NCBI GenBank assembly: GCA_008632985.1 | Contig: QPGO01000006.1 | Coordinates: forward strand, 617,138 to 681,137 | Direction: 5' to 3' | DNA length: 64,000 bases | Source: Psammoneis japonica | Taxonomy: Eukaryota | In this document: one piece after another, positions 23,928 through 36,500 of the stretch | How the letters are laid out: every line of letters begins with the position of its first letter | Position numbering within the stretch: the first letter of the stretch is position 1 | Notes under the pieces: model-generated | Databases searched by the model: none | Told to the model about the DNA's origin: nothing | The model's input: the letters and a program-made list of their open reading frames with translations, nothing else | Program-made: the position numbers and the translations under genes

Positions 23928-24265
23928 AAAGAAACGCAGCTTGTGGGAATTGTTGACGAATTTGTAGGTAGTCTTCAGGAATATTAAATTTGCAGTAGTA
24001 TCGCTCTTCACTCTAGATCTGACTACTAGCTAGATTCTACTCTAGGTAAAACCTAAACTTCTGTTGGATCCTCGTTCCCCATCGGTTGTAGAGGCTCTCT
24101 CCCCTACCACTGCAGTGTAGCACACCAAATTGCATCTACAGCTCAGTACTGGCTAGACTCTAGAGTAACCCTCAAATACTAACACTAGCTCTAGTGAGCT
24201 AGAATGTAGAGAGAGAGAGACAAGCAAAGTACAAAAAGCAAAAAGTACAACCGCACGAAAATTGA

Positions 24266-25636
24266 AAATGACTCATCAGACCAAATCAGACTCCTCGTCT
24301 GCCGTTGGTCAGTGAATCAGAGCTCGAGTCATTCGTTGATGTCACCGTAGAATTCTACACATTTCTGGTAACGAGGTCCGCAACACGTGAGATAGCCGAG
24401 TCACGCGAGAAGCAAACAACCATCACACTTTTCACTCTCTTCTCGTCTCACAATTTCGAAAAGTAGCCAAAACAAGCTAAACCACAAACCAACAACCTCA
24501 AAACATGACCCTCAAGGCCTTCACTTTGTTCCTCGCAACCATCCTTGCGACTTCCAGTGCCTTTACTTCTCCCAATGCACCTTCATCGTCAGTCCGCACT
24601 TCACCACTCAATGCTTACGTTCCAGACGGCCTCACTGTTGAGCAATACCAGGAGATCAAAAAGCGAGACAACAGGTTCCAAGGCAAAAACCTTGGTGCGT
24701 TGGGACCAAGAGGCTTTAAATCAAGATCGATGCAATCCTGGCAAGAAGCGTACGAAAAGGGACTCACCGGTCACTCGATTGCTCCATTTGGATATCGCGA
24801 AAAGCTCAAGAATGGTGAAATTAAGAAACAAGACGTTCCATACATGGTGCGTGGTGGATCCTGGGATAATAGCGATGTCAAGGGTGCCAAAAGAAAGACA
24901 TGGTTGAAATCCGACGTCGAATACGCAAGGGGTGGATACAAGAAGGAACAATCTGTTTCCATTCTGGGATCGGGATTGGGATTCGACTGGACTGGAACAA
25001 GACCCCGAGAGGAAAACTTGAAGCGTGTCGTTCCAGGCCTCAGTTAGACTTTCTTGTTTTATTGTAACACATGTAAATTAGAATATACTTCATTATAGAG
25101 TTTAATCTCCTACGAAATCGTTTTCCCGCCTTCCAGACTCAAGTAAGCTGTAGAGTGAGTAGAAAGATATGATTCCTTGACTATCTCCCTCTAGCAATGT
25201 TGATCACTCCATTTTATGCCAAAAAGTACTTGAAGTGATTGCGCATGCCACTGCCTCGTTTTCTCTGAACTTGCAAGTCACACTTCCTTCTTCGTACCTT
25301 AGATCTGAAGACGCAGAAGCGACCATTACACACCAACAACAGTTGCCATGTTGCTTCAGCACTCTATCTCTTTGACAACACTAGTCTACAGCACAACATA
25401 CCATATTAACCAAAATTCATATTTGCCTTCTCTTGTCAACTGTTTCTGTGGTTACCCACAGCACTCTACGTCATCCCCGTACGAAAACTTCGTTTCCGAC
25501 TCCAATACGCTTAGAGTGATTGAAAAATACAAACCACGGACTCTGCCGACGTGAGGCTATTAAAAGCTTCTTCTCATAGCCAAGGTTCCGAATCCCTTTT
25601 CGGCAAGGACCTTTGAGGGATCGCACAATTTGAAGC
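24266..25636 (+). repeat. Segmental duplication, copy 1 (promoter + gene + 3' region), paired with 31040-32478
   Basis: Alignable from AAATGACTCATCAGACC to CAATTTGAAGC in both copies. Confidence 0.9.
24505..25047 (+). CDS. Conserved algal plastid-targeted protein of unknown function, copy 1
   Basis: Signal + SSA-FTSP presequence; YVPDGLT, RGFKSRS and PYMVRGGSWDNSDV motifs; near-identical paralog at 31296. Confidence 0.85.
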   Translation: MTLKAFTLFLATILATSSAFTSPNAPSSSVRTSPLNAYVPDGLTVEQYQEIKKRDNRFQGKNLGALGPRGFKSRSMQSWQEAYEKGLTGHSIAPFGYREKLKNGEIKKQDVPYMVRGGSWDNSDVKGAKRKTWLKSDVEYARGGYKKEQSVSILGSGLGFDWTGTRPREENLKRVVPGLS

Positions 25637-25692
25637 CATCCCTATGAAGTACGCGCAAGAAGCGACAGCAGCATATTCTTTCGTCCAAAACC

Positions 25693-26640
25693 TCATTCAG
25701 TGCTAGGAGCTTCAGTTTCCACCTTGGTTCGGACTGTCGAGGATCTGTTTTTTGTTGTTGATTTTGCTGCTGATCCTGATACTTCCGCTTCTGTTCTTGC
25801 TGTGGAAGACGTCGGTGGCGGATCTTTCAAAAGCGTCGGATTGTTGCTATTCGTACTCTCCCACTGATCCCTTCGCAAGCAGCATTTCAAAAAGGCTACA
25901 CACCTGTCAAGACAAGAGAACTTGAACGCCGTCGCAATTGGGGAACAACAGTGTCGCATCTTGCCACAGAGCCAGTCAATCCGCAAGATGACATCGTACA
26001 AGATCACAAGTTTCGTTCGTCGTCCATATCGATTCAGGGAAATCAACAAATCCAACAAAATCGGTAGCATGACCAGCACCACCATGACGGATACAGCTAA
26101 AATCCAATAGCCGCGGTAGTTTTCCTTCATTTGAATATTGGCCGTGATTGCGACAGAAGTCAACAACAATACCAGTGCAACATTCGATATTTGCCGTCCA
26201 ATCTGGACGAGGAGTTCTTCATACCACGTCGGGGTGGGCTGTTCTCGTTGCAGATACAGCGCATGGCAGTATACGGCACACACAAAGCCACCAAATGCCA
26301 TGAGTTGTAGCGCCAAGGCATGCGCTTCTTCATCGTTGTCAATGATTTGCTCGACGAACTCGCTGGCAAAGGCAATGCCAAAAAGGGTAAAACCAGCAAG
26401 GAAAGTATCGACTTGAATCTGCACTTCCTCACTCCTATCCAGCAAGGCAATGCGGGCTTTGTCTTTGGTGTTTTGTTCTTCTTCTTCTTTGGTGGCCCTC
26501 ATTTTGGCCGCCTGAAGTTCTTCTCTGCTCCGCTGCCCCTGTTGTTGCAGCTGTTGTTCCTCGTTCTCCACACAAACCACAGAGGCTTTTCCATACAGTT
26601 CCGATGACATCTTATACATGAGCAATGTATCAAAGCTCAA
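25693..26640 (-). CDS. Hypothetical membrane protein (N-terminal coiled coil, about 4 TM helices); start codon uncertain
   Basis: 315-aa ORF with normal Tyr usage and four hydrophobic segments. Confidence 0.6.
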   Translation of the reverse strand: MSFDTLLMYKMSSELYGKASVVCVENEEQQLQQQGQRSREELQAAKMRATKEEEEQNTKDKARIALLDRSEEVQIQVDTFLAGFTLFGIAFASEFVEQIIDNDEEAHALALQLMAFGGFVCAVYCHALYLQREQPTPTWYEELLVQIGRQISNVALVLLLTSVAITANIQMKENYRGYWILAVSVMVVLVMLPILLDLLISLNRYGRRTKLVILYDVILRIDWLCGKMRHCCSPIATAFKFSCLDRCVAFLKCCLRRDQWESTNSNNPTLLKDPPPTSSTARTEAEVSGSAAKSTTKNRSSTVRTKVETEAPSTE

Positions 26641-26999
26641 AGCGATTGGTGCTATCTGCTATCCAGTGTCAATAGGCTGAGAGTGATAATGGAGAAAAGT
26701 GCGAATTGGGTTTTGTCGGATTCTTGTGCGAAACGCGGAAGGCGATTTTTGAAATCAACAGTACTCCCTGTACTCTCTAGCCTTGTATCGATCCGACAAC
26801 AAGGGTGTGGTAGAACGAAGTGATAACACGATGGTTATTCTCTCGTTGAGGCTTGCCAATAATGCCTCCTCTCGATCGCAACAGTGAGAAGCTGTGAAAA
26901 ATCGGCGTCAACTGCGGTCTGTGCCTCGCACCACCAAGTCAGTGTAGGATCGGGTTCGATGTTGATTCCCAAAACACCTGTCTCAGCCGGCTCGCAGGT

Positions 27000-27480
27000 A
27001 AGTTCATGATCCACTTCCCAAGCTTTGGGGAGAGGCTTCCATGCAGTGGCTTGGCAAAGAAGTCAGCCATTATCTTTTCCCGTTCTTGGGCAGCATTGAA
27101 TCCCCTTGCACTTCTTCCTTGGCCTTTTCACTCTGCCGGTGATGAAGAAATGCGCAAGGGCTGAGTGCACGTCGGCCGCTGGATGCTTGCCCATTCTTCT
27201 TTGGTGGCACGGCACTCTGTTCATCTCAGCAGATGACACTGTCCTTCACATTGCACCCCTGGGCCAAAAGAAAGCTCCCCCCTGGCCCGCACACATCTTG
27301 GGTGTCCTCAGTGCGTTCTTGCTTTTGGCCCCTCTCATTCAACAAGTTTTTTGAATTTGAAAGTGGGATTTCATGGTTGTTGACAAGAGTTTTTCTGCTT
27401 TTCTCAAAGCCAGATGTGCCAACAACACTGTGAAGTTGCCAACAGCTGCCAGGTCTCTTTGTCAAATGCTTGGCAAGAGC
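27000..27480 (-). mobile_element. Ty1/Copia pol 3' remnant (RNase H)
   Basis: Minus strand reads KNGQASSGRR...HFFITGRV...IQCCP...IMADFFAKPLHGSL...IMN, matching Copia RNase H (YFFI.DR, YCPT, M.ADFFTKPLQG). Confidence 0.75.
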
Positions 27481-27559
27481 TCCATTTGGTGTGTGGCTCA
27501 ATTAGAGAGCTGGGTGGTGTGCTCAACAAGAGGGAGCTGCACAGGGAAAAACTGTGCAC

Positions 27560-29600
27560 ACAGCTCTGCAAGGCATTGGTGCTTCTGTTGAAACATTGGG
27601 GTCCAACAGACAGTTTTCACAGGACAGACAGACAGAGTTGCCACGCAAGAAGACAAACTGACGATTGTGGATGACATGGCAAGTGTTTGCACTCACAACT
27701 CCTTGGGTTGAGCTGTGGGTCTTGTGCTCCCTTTTTAGTGTCTGCCCAGTTGATGCAGTGGCAACAGCCACAGTGACAGTCATGTGTTTGCAAGCCACAC
27801 TGTGAGTTTGGAGACAGTGAGACCAAATGTGCGCCAGTTGCTGGCAGCAAGCCATGAAGTTCTCCAACAACACAGAAGCCAAAAAACAACGGCACGGTGC
27901 TCAAGAAAGCAGCAGTGTCATTCAAGGGCTGAGAAGTTGAGAGGAATTTGCAGAACATTGGCTGGAAAGTTGAGAGGAATCCACAGACAAGGGCTGGAAA
28001 GTCAAGAGGAATCCAAAAGGAAAAAGCCAGGAGGTGTCAACAGGAATCCAAAGGTGCAACTTGTGTCAGCAGATTGCAGCAAATGAGCCTGCTGGAGTGA
28101 GGGTAAAGACACAACAATCTCTGGTGAGCTTTGCTGTTGAAGAAGCTGTCAAGGGTCTGCTGCAGAAGGTTGCAGCAAGGTTGTGTCTGGGTTGGTGAGA
28201 CAGAGTGCACAACTGCTGGCAAGCTGTGGAACTCCAACACAAGTCCCAAGAAAGGTGTGGGCAAGGACACAGCTGGCCTGAGTGCAGGAGCACAAGTTAA
28301 AGGAGTGCATGCATGACACCATTGCCAAGTCAGAATGACAAGCAGATGAACACACAGAGACCATGAGGAAGATTGGCGAGTGTGTCAGAAGAATGTTTTG
28401 GCCAGAGATGCAGGTGTCAGCATCAAGCATCTCCCCTGAGGCAGGAGAGCATGCCAGGAGAGCTGGAGATCATCCATTGGGAGATGCCACATTGGAGAAG
28501 GATGAAGCAGCCTGTGGCATGTGAAACAGAGTGCACTCTACAAGATGCAGAAGGCAACGCCAGTTGTTGCAGTTGTGGGGCAATGTTCAAAGGTCATTCA
28601 TTGTGATCTTGAACAAGGAGTGATGGAGTTTGTGAGAGTTGCAAAGGAGTGGGACATGGCAGCACTGCTGGACATTCTCAAGCCAATCATGTTTGATGCA
28701 AATGAGAAGATGAACTCACATGTCCAGGTGGTTGAGGCTCAGAAGCAGTTGGCACTTGCTCATCAAGGTGAAAGAGAGGCACTTCAAGATTGTTGCAGCT
28801 GGTTTTTGAGCAAGATTGAAATGGCGCAAATGTCCTGTGGCAGGATCATCCAAGAAGAAATTTCCAAGAAAGAAGAGAGGTTCAGCAAGGATGCTGATGA
28901 CACCTGGAGTTAAGAAAGGAACAAGTTGTCAGCAGCGATGTTGATGGAAGGAGCCAAGGACTGTTGGCATGTCTTAAAAGACCTGCGTTGGTGGCTCACA
29001 TTGGGGGTTGACACACATGCCCCAATTCATTCGGCCAAGGAGACACTGCAGGTGTTGGGCACCTGCACACAGCACCAACAAGAAACCTGAGGGCACAGCA
29101 CAAGTTTTGCACAAAACAACTGGAAGATGACCACATGCTGGAAGTGCAACAAGGTTGACATGTCTCAGGAGGGATTGCCCTGACCCTGACAGCAATCATT
29201 TGTCAGTGGAGTTGGATGATGTGGACCATGGAAAGTGATGGAATGGTCAACAGGGTGTTGAGCGGCATGGTTTCCAAGTGGGATCCTCCTGTGCCAGATG
29301 CACATGAGGCCAGTTGATTGAGAACACTTGTGTCAAGAAGCGTGCTGGAACATTTGGGGTTGGAGGCAGTTTTTGCAGGACAGAGACCAACAGAGTTGCA
29401 GTGCAAGATGCATCAATGACTGATTGTGGATGACGCAGCAAGACTCTTGTGCTCACTTTTTAGCTTTTGCACATGGTTGACATGGCAGTGAAGGCTGCAG
29501 CAACAGTTGTGTGTTCATGAGCCACACGGTGAGTTTAGAGATGTCAAGACTGAACGTGTGCCAGCCAGCAAGCCACAAAGCTCCAACAGCTTCCCCCATC
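27560..29600 (+). mobile_element. Copia-type gag remnant flanked by direct repeats (about 27560-27870 and 29320-29590)
   Basis: AVVGQCSKVIHCDLEQGVMEFVRVAKEWDMAALLDILKPIMF resembles Copia gag. Both flanks share ...CTTGTGCTC(A/C)CTTTTTAG.... Homologous to 44040-45770 (-). Confidence 0.6.
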
Positions 29601-31030
29601 TCCTGCCTGCTTTCGACGCACAGATTGAGTGAAACCATGCCTCTCATCCCAGGTGAGACAGTGTGGCCTGTTCTGAATGACTGGCAACAATGGGGTGCAA
29701 GCAAAGTGTGAATGGTCCTTGCCACCAGCTGATTTTGACACTTTCAAACTCAGGAGCCATCCAGAAGTGTCGGCCAATGTGGTGCTCACAATCATCTCAA
29801 GCAACAGCAGGGGGCACACTCCATTCTTTAGGAAGACATCTTCACATGGCTGACCTTGCAGAGCATGTTCTGAAATTCTTTGCAGCAAACATGCATGAGC
29901 TGAGGCAAGTTGTCATCTTGAGAGTTGCCAGTCAAAAAACTGCATTGTCCACTGTGGCTCTTGGCGAAACACCATGGTGGATGAACTCAGAAGCTGGAGT
30001 CTGATGAGCAGCATTAGAGAAGTTGACACCACATGCAAGCCCCAGCTGGCAAGTCATCACAACAAAGACTGGGCTCCCAAAATGACATTTTGTGATCTGG
30101 GGCTCAATCAATGACAGCACACTCAGCACCAGTGCAGCACAAGCAGCCATGGCCACAATGTGCAGCAATTGTGAGGGGTGCAAGGGGATGGCACCATGCT
30201 CCTTTTGCTCATGTCTTGTGCCAATGTCTTCAGGCAATGTGCTGGGACAAAAGAGACACTTGGATGCTGTGGAAATGGGAGGGCCTGTGCTGCAGATGGC
30301 TGCTTGCCCAGCTGTTGTTGTGCATGACATGGAGAATGACTGACAAAGCAAACTCATTGAACAACTTGACAATTTCATTTGCTTTGCAGTTGGTTTTGAT
30401 GGAGTCAGAGGCACCCGCTTGGACTTGCAAGACAGACGGGAGAGTGCTTTCCAGCCCCCGCGAAGCAACTCCATGTGAGGTTTGAAGAACACATGCTGGG
30501 AGAGGTGGCCAGAGTGAGTGCAGGCTGCTTGCTTGTGAAGCCTGAGGCCTGCCCAAATCATTGCTGCAACACTCTCAGCCATTCTCATTCAAGATTTGCG
30601 TGGCTTTCCTGGGCACGCAACTTTGCAAGGAGCTTGGTCCACAATCTTTTTGATTTCCATGATGTGGGCAGAATCTGTCGCACACTTCATGGCAGAAAAG
30701 CTTCTGACAGATGGCATGGCACAATGTCTTGAGGTGGGGGCTGCTCTCCACAAAGCTCTCCTTGGGTTTGGTGCAGCTGAAATTCTCAAAAAAAGGACCT
30801 GGGTTGCACACAGCATCCGCGGTGTCTGGTGCAAAGGTTGCTCGGCCACAGAGGTGGGCACAGGCCGGGGGGTGAGAGTGCGTGGTGGCAAATGTGAACA
30901 AACATTGCAGCGGTGGTCTCTTTGTCATCAGTTTGGCGCCATGGTGATTCTGGGCACAAAAGTTGGTCTGTCGAGACTACGCAACTCCCTGAGATCAAAA
31001 AATGGGGAGACGCAAGCAAAGCAAAACACA
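29600..31030. other. TpA/CpG-depleted degenerate sequence (TE or mutated pseudogene)
   Basis: Composition only. Confidence 0.4.
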
Positions 31031-31039
31031 AACCGTCGG

Positions 31040-32478
31040 AAATGACTCATCAGACCAAACCAGATTCGTCGTCTGCCGTGGTCAGTGAATCAGAGCTCGA
31101 GTCATTCGTTGATGTCACCGTAGAATTCTACTCATTTCTGGTATTACAGTCTGCAACACGTGAGATGGCCGAGTCACGCGAGAAGCAAACAAACTACCAC
31201 ACTCTCACACTTTCACGCCCATTGATCTCACAATTTCGAAAAGCAGCCAAATAAGTCAAAACCACAAACCTACACCAAACTGACAACCCCAAAACATGAC
31301 CCTCAAGGCCTTCACTTTGTTCCTCACAACCATCCTTGCGACTTCCAGTGCCTTTACTTCTCCCAGTGCACCTTCATCTTCTTTCCGCACTTCACCACTC
31401 AATGCTTACGTCCCTGACGGCCTCACTGTCGAGCAATACCAGGAGATCAAGAAGCGAGACAACAGGTTCCAAGGCAAGAACCTTGGTGCGTTGGGACCAA
31501 GAGGCTTTAAATCAAGATCGATGCAATCCTGGCAAGAAGCGTACGAAAAGGGACTCACCGGCCACTCGATTGCTCCATTTGGATACCGCGAAAAGCTCAA
31601 GAATGGCGAAATTAAGAAACAAGACGTGCCATACATGGTCCGTGGTGGATCCTGGGATAATAGTGATGTCAAGGGTGCCAAGAGAAAGACATGGTTGAAA
31701 TCCGATGTCGAATACGCAAGGGGTGGATACAAGAAGGAACAATCTGTTTCCATTCTGGGATCGGGATTGGGATTCGACTGGACTGGAACAAGACCCCGAG
31801 AGGAAAACTTGAAGCGTGTCGTTCCAGGCCTCAGTTAGATTCTTGTCGTTGTTACAATTATAGAAATTAGATTATATGTCATTATAAGTGTCTTCTCGTC
31901 TTCAAAACTCAAGTCAGCTTTAGAGTAAGCAAAACGATATTGCGGTGTTATTCACCTTGTTCGTTTCACCCGAAATCTTTACAAGTACTCGTTAGTAGCT
32001 CCCACTTGCAACTTGCATCGCTGCATTGTTTGCCAAAAAGTATCTCTCGTTTTCTCTGAACTTGCGAGTCGTACTTCCTACTTCGTAACTTAGATCTGAT
32101 GACGCAGAAGCGGCCATGAAACACCCAAGACAGTTGTCACGTTGCTTCAGCACCCTTTGACAACACTAGCCTACATACAGTACAACATTTCAAATTAATG
32201 CAAATTCATTTTTGCCTTCTCTTGTCACTGCGAACTATTTCTGTGATTACCTAAACCGATCTATGACACGCCTGTACGAAAAACTTCGTTTCCGTCTCCA
32301 ATATGCTTGCTAGTTTGCCGGACTGAACGTGACGAGTGATTGGATAATACAAACCACTGATTCTGCCCACATGAGACTATTGACAACTCCTTCTCGTAGC
32401 CAAGGTTCCGTATCCCATTTCGGCAAGGACCATTGAATGCACGGAAGGGTGAAGAGGAGGGATCGTACAATTTGAAGC
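31040..32478 (+). repeat. Segmental duplication, copy 2
   Basis: See 24266-25636. Confidence 0.9.
31296..31838 (+). CDS. Conserved algal plastid-targeted protein of unknown function, copy 2
   Basis: Differs from copy 1 at three residues, all in the presequence. Confidence 0.85.
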   Translation: MTLKAFTLFLTTILATSSAFTSPSAPSSSFRTSPLNAYVPDGLTVEQYQEIKKRDNRFQGKNLGALGPRGFKSRSMQSWQEAYEKGLTGHSIAPFGYREKLKNGEIKKQDVPYMVRGGSWDNSDVKGAKRKTWLKSDVEYARGGYKKEQSVSILGSGLGFDWTGTRPREENLKRVVPGLS

Positions 32479-32555
32479 TGTTGGCTTCGAATAGCAACGC
32501 TCTGGTGGTGAAAATAGGCAGCTTAGAATGAGACGATGGATTTATTGGCGGCATG

Positions 32556-33218
32556 TTATTCAAACAAAACATTGCGTTCCACTTTGCTTACCTTATCATC
32601 ATTCTTTTCCTTGTACATTTCCCTCAGACTCAAGACACCCTGTGCCAGTTCGGCTGCAATGTACATGAGCCAGGCACGACACGACCATGCCGACAACCTA
32701 TTGGCATTGGTACGCTTGGTGACGGGGAACACATCGGGTGCCTTCCACTGAATATATGCCGCGTGTTCCAACGGATAATAAAGCACCATGCTCCAAGCCA
32801 TGAATTTTCCCAACAGATTCCTGAATCGACTACTACTTTTGCTATATGCATCATTCCTGGCGGCTTGGAGCGCCTCAGGCAATCCATACATGCGGAGAGC
32901 GTAGCGGACAAAGCTCAGTTCAGCATAAAACTTGTAGAGACCTTTTCTCTTTTTGTCCGAGAGTTTTGTACTGACAAGCCACATGGTCCACTGTAAAAGC
33001 TTCAATCCCTTATCTTGATTCAGAGGACTCGACATGTACTGTACATAATTCGCCAAGAACTTGTCAAAACGAGATTGCACCTTGGATGCAGGTGGCTCAA
33101 GCAGAACATCCTTTTTCGGCTTTTCGCCCTTGACCTCGAAAAACAAATCGGCACTGCCTTTGGAGGCGCCGCTGTTTTCGCTCCCTTCATCCAACAAGAG
33201 TGGCTCGTCACCGGACAT
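32556..33218 (-). CDS. PEX11: PEX11-family peroxisomal membrane protein (possible intron 32591-32522 extending the CDS to 32261)
   Basis: NQDKGLKLLQWT, LSFVRYALRMYG, LYYPLEHAAY and LSAWSCRAWL resemble PEX11 motifs. A GTAAGC donor and CTAAG acceptor are in frame with ORF 32261..32572. Confidence 0.7.
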   Translation of the reverse strand: MSGDEPLLLDEGSENSGASKGSADLFFEVKGEKPKKDVLLEPPASKVQSRFDKFLANYVQYMSSPLNQDKGLKLLQWTMWLVSTKLSDKKRKGLYKFYAELSFVRYALRMYGLPEALQAARNDAYSKSSSRFRNLLGKFMAWSMVLYYPLEHAAYIQWKAPDVFPVTKRTNANRLSAWSCRAWLMYIAAELAQGVLSLREMYKEKNDDKVSKVERNVLFE

Positions 33219-33599
33219 GGCTAAGGACTATGCTTACGGCAACAACAACACTGATGGGTGTTGGCTTGTTGTTGTGTGGTATGTGGTATGATATGTCGAC
33301 GCGTTCCCCTGCAGAACCATCGCATCATGACATTGGAGGTGTCAAAACTGGGTCGTGGCTTGGTGGTGACGCGCAAGAGCACGACGTAGAACTCTACGCA
33401 CTTTTGATCCGGGATGTGAGACGTAGCCACGACTGACAAGATGAACCACTTCCACAGCATGCAGTTTTCGCGACCACACAGCGCAGAGCTCCACCGGTGC
33501 TGTAGATCGGACAGCATCTTGAAGCGAAATGGGGTGGCGAGACAACGGACTGTGCATTGCATTAAACTCACATTTCATCACGTCAATGTGCAATCAAAT

Positions 33600-36500
33600 T
33601 GCATGCCACACAACATTGGCACCAAGCCACACGTGGCTCTGTTTGCCACTTCAAATGCTGCGAGCTCCTCAGCCTCACAACAAAGCCTCTCATCACACAG
33701 CTCTCAAAAACTTGATGGGAGTGGACTCAATTGAATGTTTTTTTTCCAACAACATGCACCCTCTGTTTTCTTGGTTGCATTCTTCCAGTCCATCCTGGCT
33801 TTGGCAAGAAGAAGCTTGCTCGCTCAGCTGCTCTCTTGTGTGAGTTTTTTCGACCATGCCAAATGCAGCAGCAGCGGAGACCTGGACATGTGAAAAAGAG
33901 GGGGCAGTGCACATGCACAGAAAAAACTGCAAAAAGATCAGCCACTCCAAAGCTTTGCCTCAATGACCCACCATCAGCTTTGTTGCATGTGGTCGTGTCA
34001 TTGTGCCCGTGCCATTGCTGCTGCACAAAACGCCAGAGCACACTGCTTCATCCACAATGGGCATGGCAAGTTGCCAGCCACTGCTGTGCATCATTTTGAG
34101 GCACAGCAGAGCCATGATGCAAGGCAGAGCAATGCTGCATTTGTTCATTGATGCCAGCTGGCAGTCTTGGAAATTTGGCCATGTGAGGCAAGAAGTGGCC
34201 CAGCTCAACCCGTGGTTGATTTTGTCACATGCTGCAACCACTGTCATGATTGACAACTTGAGACATCATGGTGCCATTTGAAGAAGGCTGCGGTGCTGTG
34301 CATGATGCTGTGGCAGAGCAAGCCAGAGTTGGCACCACTCCTCAGGTGTGAAAACATTTGTGAACTCTGATGGACAAAAGACTTGAGATCCAGAGCTCTC
34401 CCACAAAGTCAGGTGGCAGGGTTGAGGAAGACAAATGGCTGGCTGGAGTCAACCAGCATTCATGCCAAGGACAGTGTTGCACAGAAATGATCTGGTTTTG
34501 CATCATTTTTGCACTGGGCTTCCACCATGTTGTTGCTTGTCTGCCACTTGACTTTGCTTCAAACATTTCTCCATCATGGAAGACAACTTTCAAGCTGATG
34601 TGCAGTCATTTTCCATGCTGCAGCAAATGGAAAGTGTGATGCAGCCATGGCCAACAACAACAAATTTCCCAAATCAGTGGGAGAGTCTGTGTTGCTGGTG
34701 CATTCGCTCCAAACAAGAAGGAAACAAGCAACTGTGTGGATCTTTCCAGCCAGCATCATCATCATCTCATTTGTTGGCTTTGAAGGAAGCTGTGTGCAGG
34801 ACATTCTAAAACAGAAACAGGAGAGAAAACAACTTGCTTGCACAGCAAAGGGAACGAATCTGTTTGAGGACATGGATGACTTCATGCTGTGCACAGTTGT
34901 TGCAGTTGGAGCTGGCTGTCATGCCAACCCAGCTGGAGTGTCTGACATTGGCACAGCCAAAATTTGGGATCTTGTTGGAGAAAATAATTTGTGCAGAGCA
35001 ACAGTTTGAGCACAGCGCTGTTTTCAGGAGACAGGCTTGCCATTGGATGTCTTCAGGGTGCAGCAGGCATTGGCGGTGCTTTTGTGCAAGCCCAGAGACA
35101 CTGTTGATGATGATGCCAGCACAGAAAACAAAAAACACATCCACAACAATCCTCCTCCACCAACCTTTCCATCATGCTTCTTCAAACAATTTGGCAGCAG
35201 CAGCTCTGTGCAGGCCAATGAAAGCCTCACACCAGCTCAATGCTGCAGCTCTAAAGTGAGCCCTCATGCCCTCACTTCTTCATGGAGGATGAAGGTGTGT
35301 GCATGTGTCATGTTCTTGCATTTGCAAGCATTGCATTGTGACAGTTTTGTGTCTCCAGAGGATGTTGCCAATGGTGCACAAAGAAGAGGAAAGCATGGAT
35401 CAGGAGTCCTGGTTGGAGAGTGTCTCTGATGACTGGGTCAAGTGTTTGTCTGCTGACAATGAGCCAGAGTCTGCTGTGCAGAACACAATTGCTCAACTTG
35501 TTCTGTTGGAGATGACAAGGGTGGGGCTTCTGTTGAAAGTGTGGCAAAGATGTGCAAGAGGAGCAGGTTGACTCCAGTTTGGATGTGTGGTGGGCACAAA
35601 TGATTTGAGTGCAGAAGATGCAGAAGAGCTTCATGACACAATTGCTGTTCTGAAGCATTTGCAAGAATGGTTGCCATTTGAGGATGTTGAGTTTCAACTT
35701 CAAGAGACAACAAGTGTTCTGGATGATTTGTGTCAAAAGATTGAATGAACAAAGGGAAAAAAAAAATTTAAAGTGCTGCTGCACCTTTGCCCAGCAACTC
35801 TGGCACCAGCTGACCCACACTTCCAGTGCACCCTGTGTGAGGGGTGAAGCAGAACTTCATGCAAACAGCTGGTTGTGGTGCCTCCAGATGGAGACGCCCA
35901 ACAGAAATGAAAGGAAGCAAAACATTTGGATGCCTGCTTGAGACAAATGGGGTTGATGCAGCAACACATGGAGGAGATTGTTGCTTTCACATGGACTGGA
36001 GATGCATCTGCCATGCCAGAGCAGCAAAGAACAATCACTTTCAGAGTTTGTTTTGGGAACAGCAAAGGGAAGGAAGTCAAAACATGATGATTGCCAAACC
36101 ACTGGCTGCCTCCAAGAAATGCAACAGCAGAAAAATCATTGCATGCAGCAGGGAGCTTGATTTGCTGGCAAGTGAGGGAGGGGTTGTCCATCCAGGACTG
36201 GGAGACAAGAAACAAATGGGAGCACTTGATGATGTGACAAGTTGGTCATCGGGAACAATGTTTTTCACACACAGAAACCATGCCGGATCTTGCACAGAAA
36301 TGCTGACATGTGCAGCAAATGGAAGACAGTCAATTGGTGCCAAAGGAAGGCTTGCACTCACACTTTTGTTTTGGTGCCACAACAGAAGCAGTGCTTTCAC
36401 CACATGTGGTGAAGGACTTCATTGGCCAATGGGAGCAAAGAGAGTCATTGAAGACAGATGAGTGTGGGCACAAGAAGCTCCGAGATTTGAAAACAAATTC

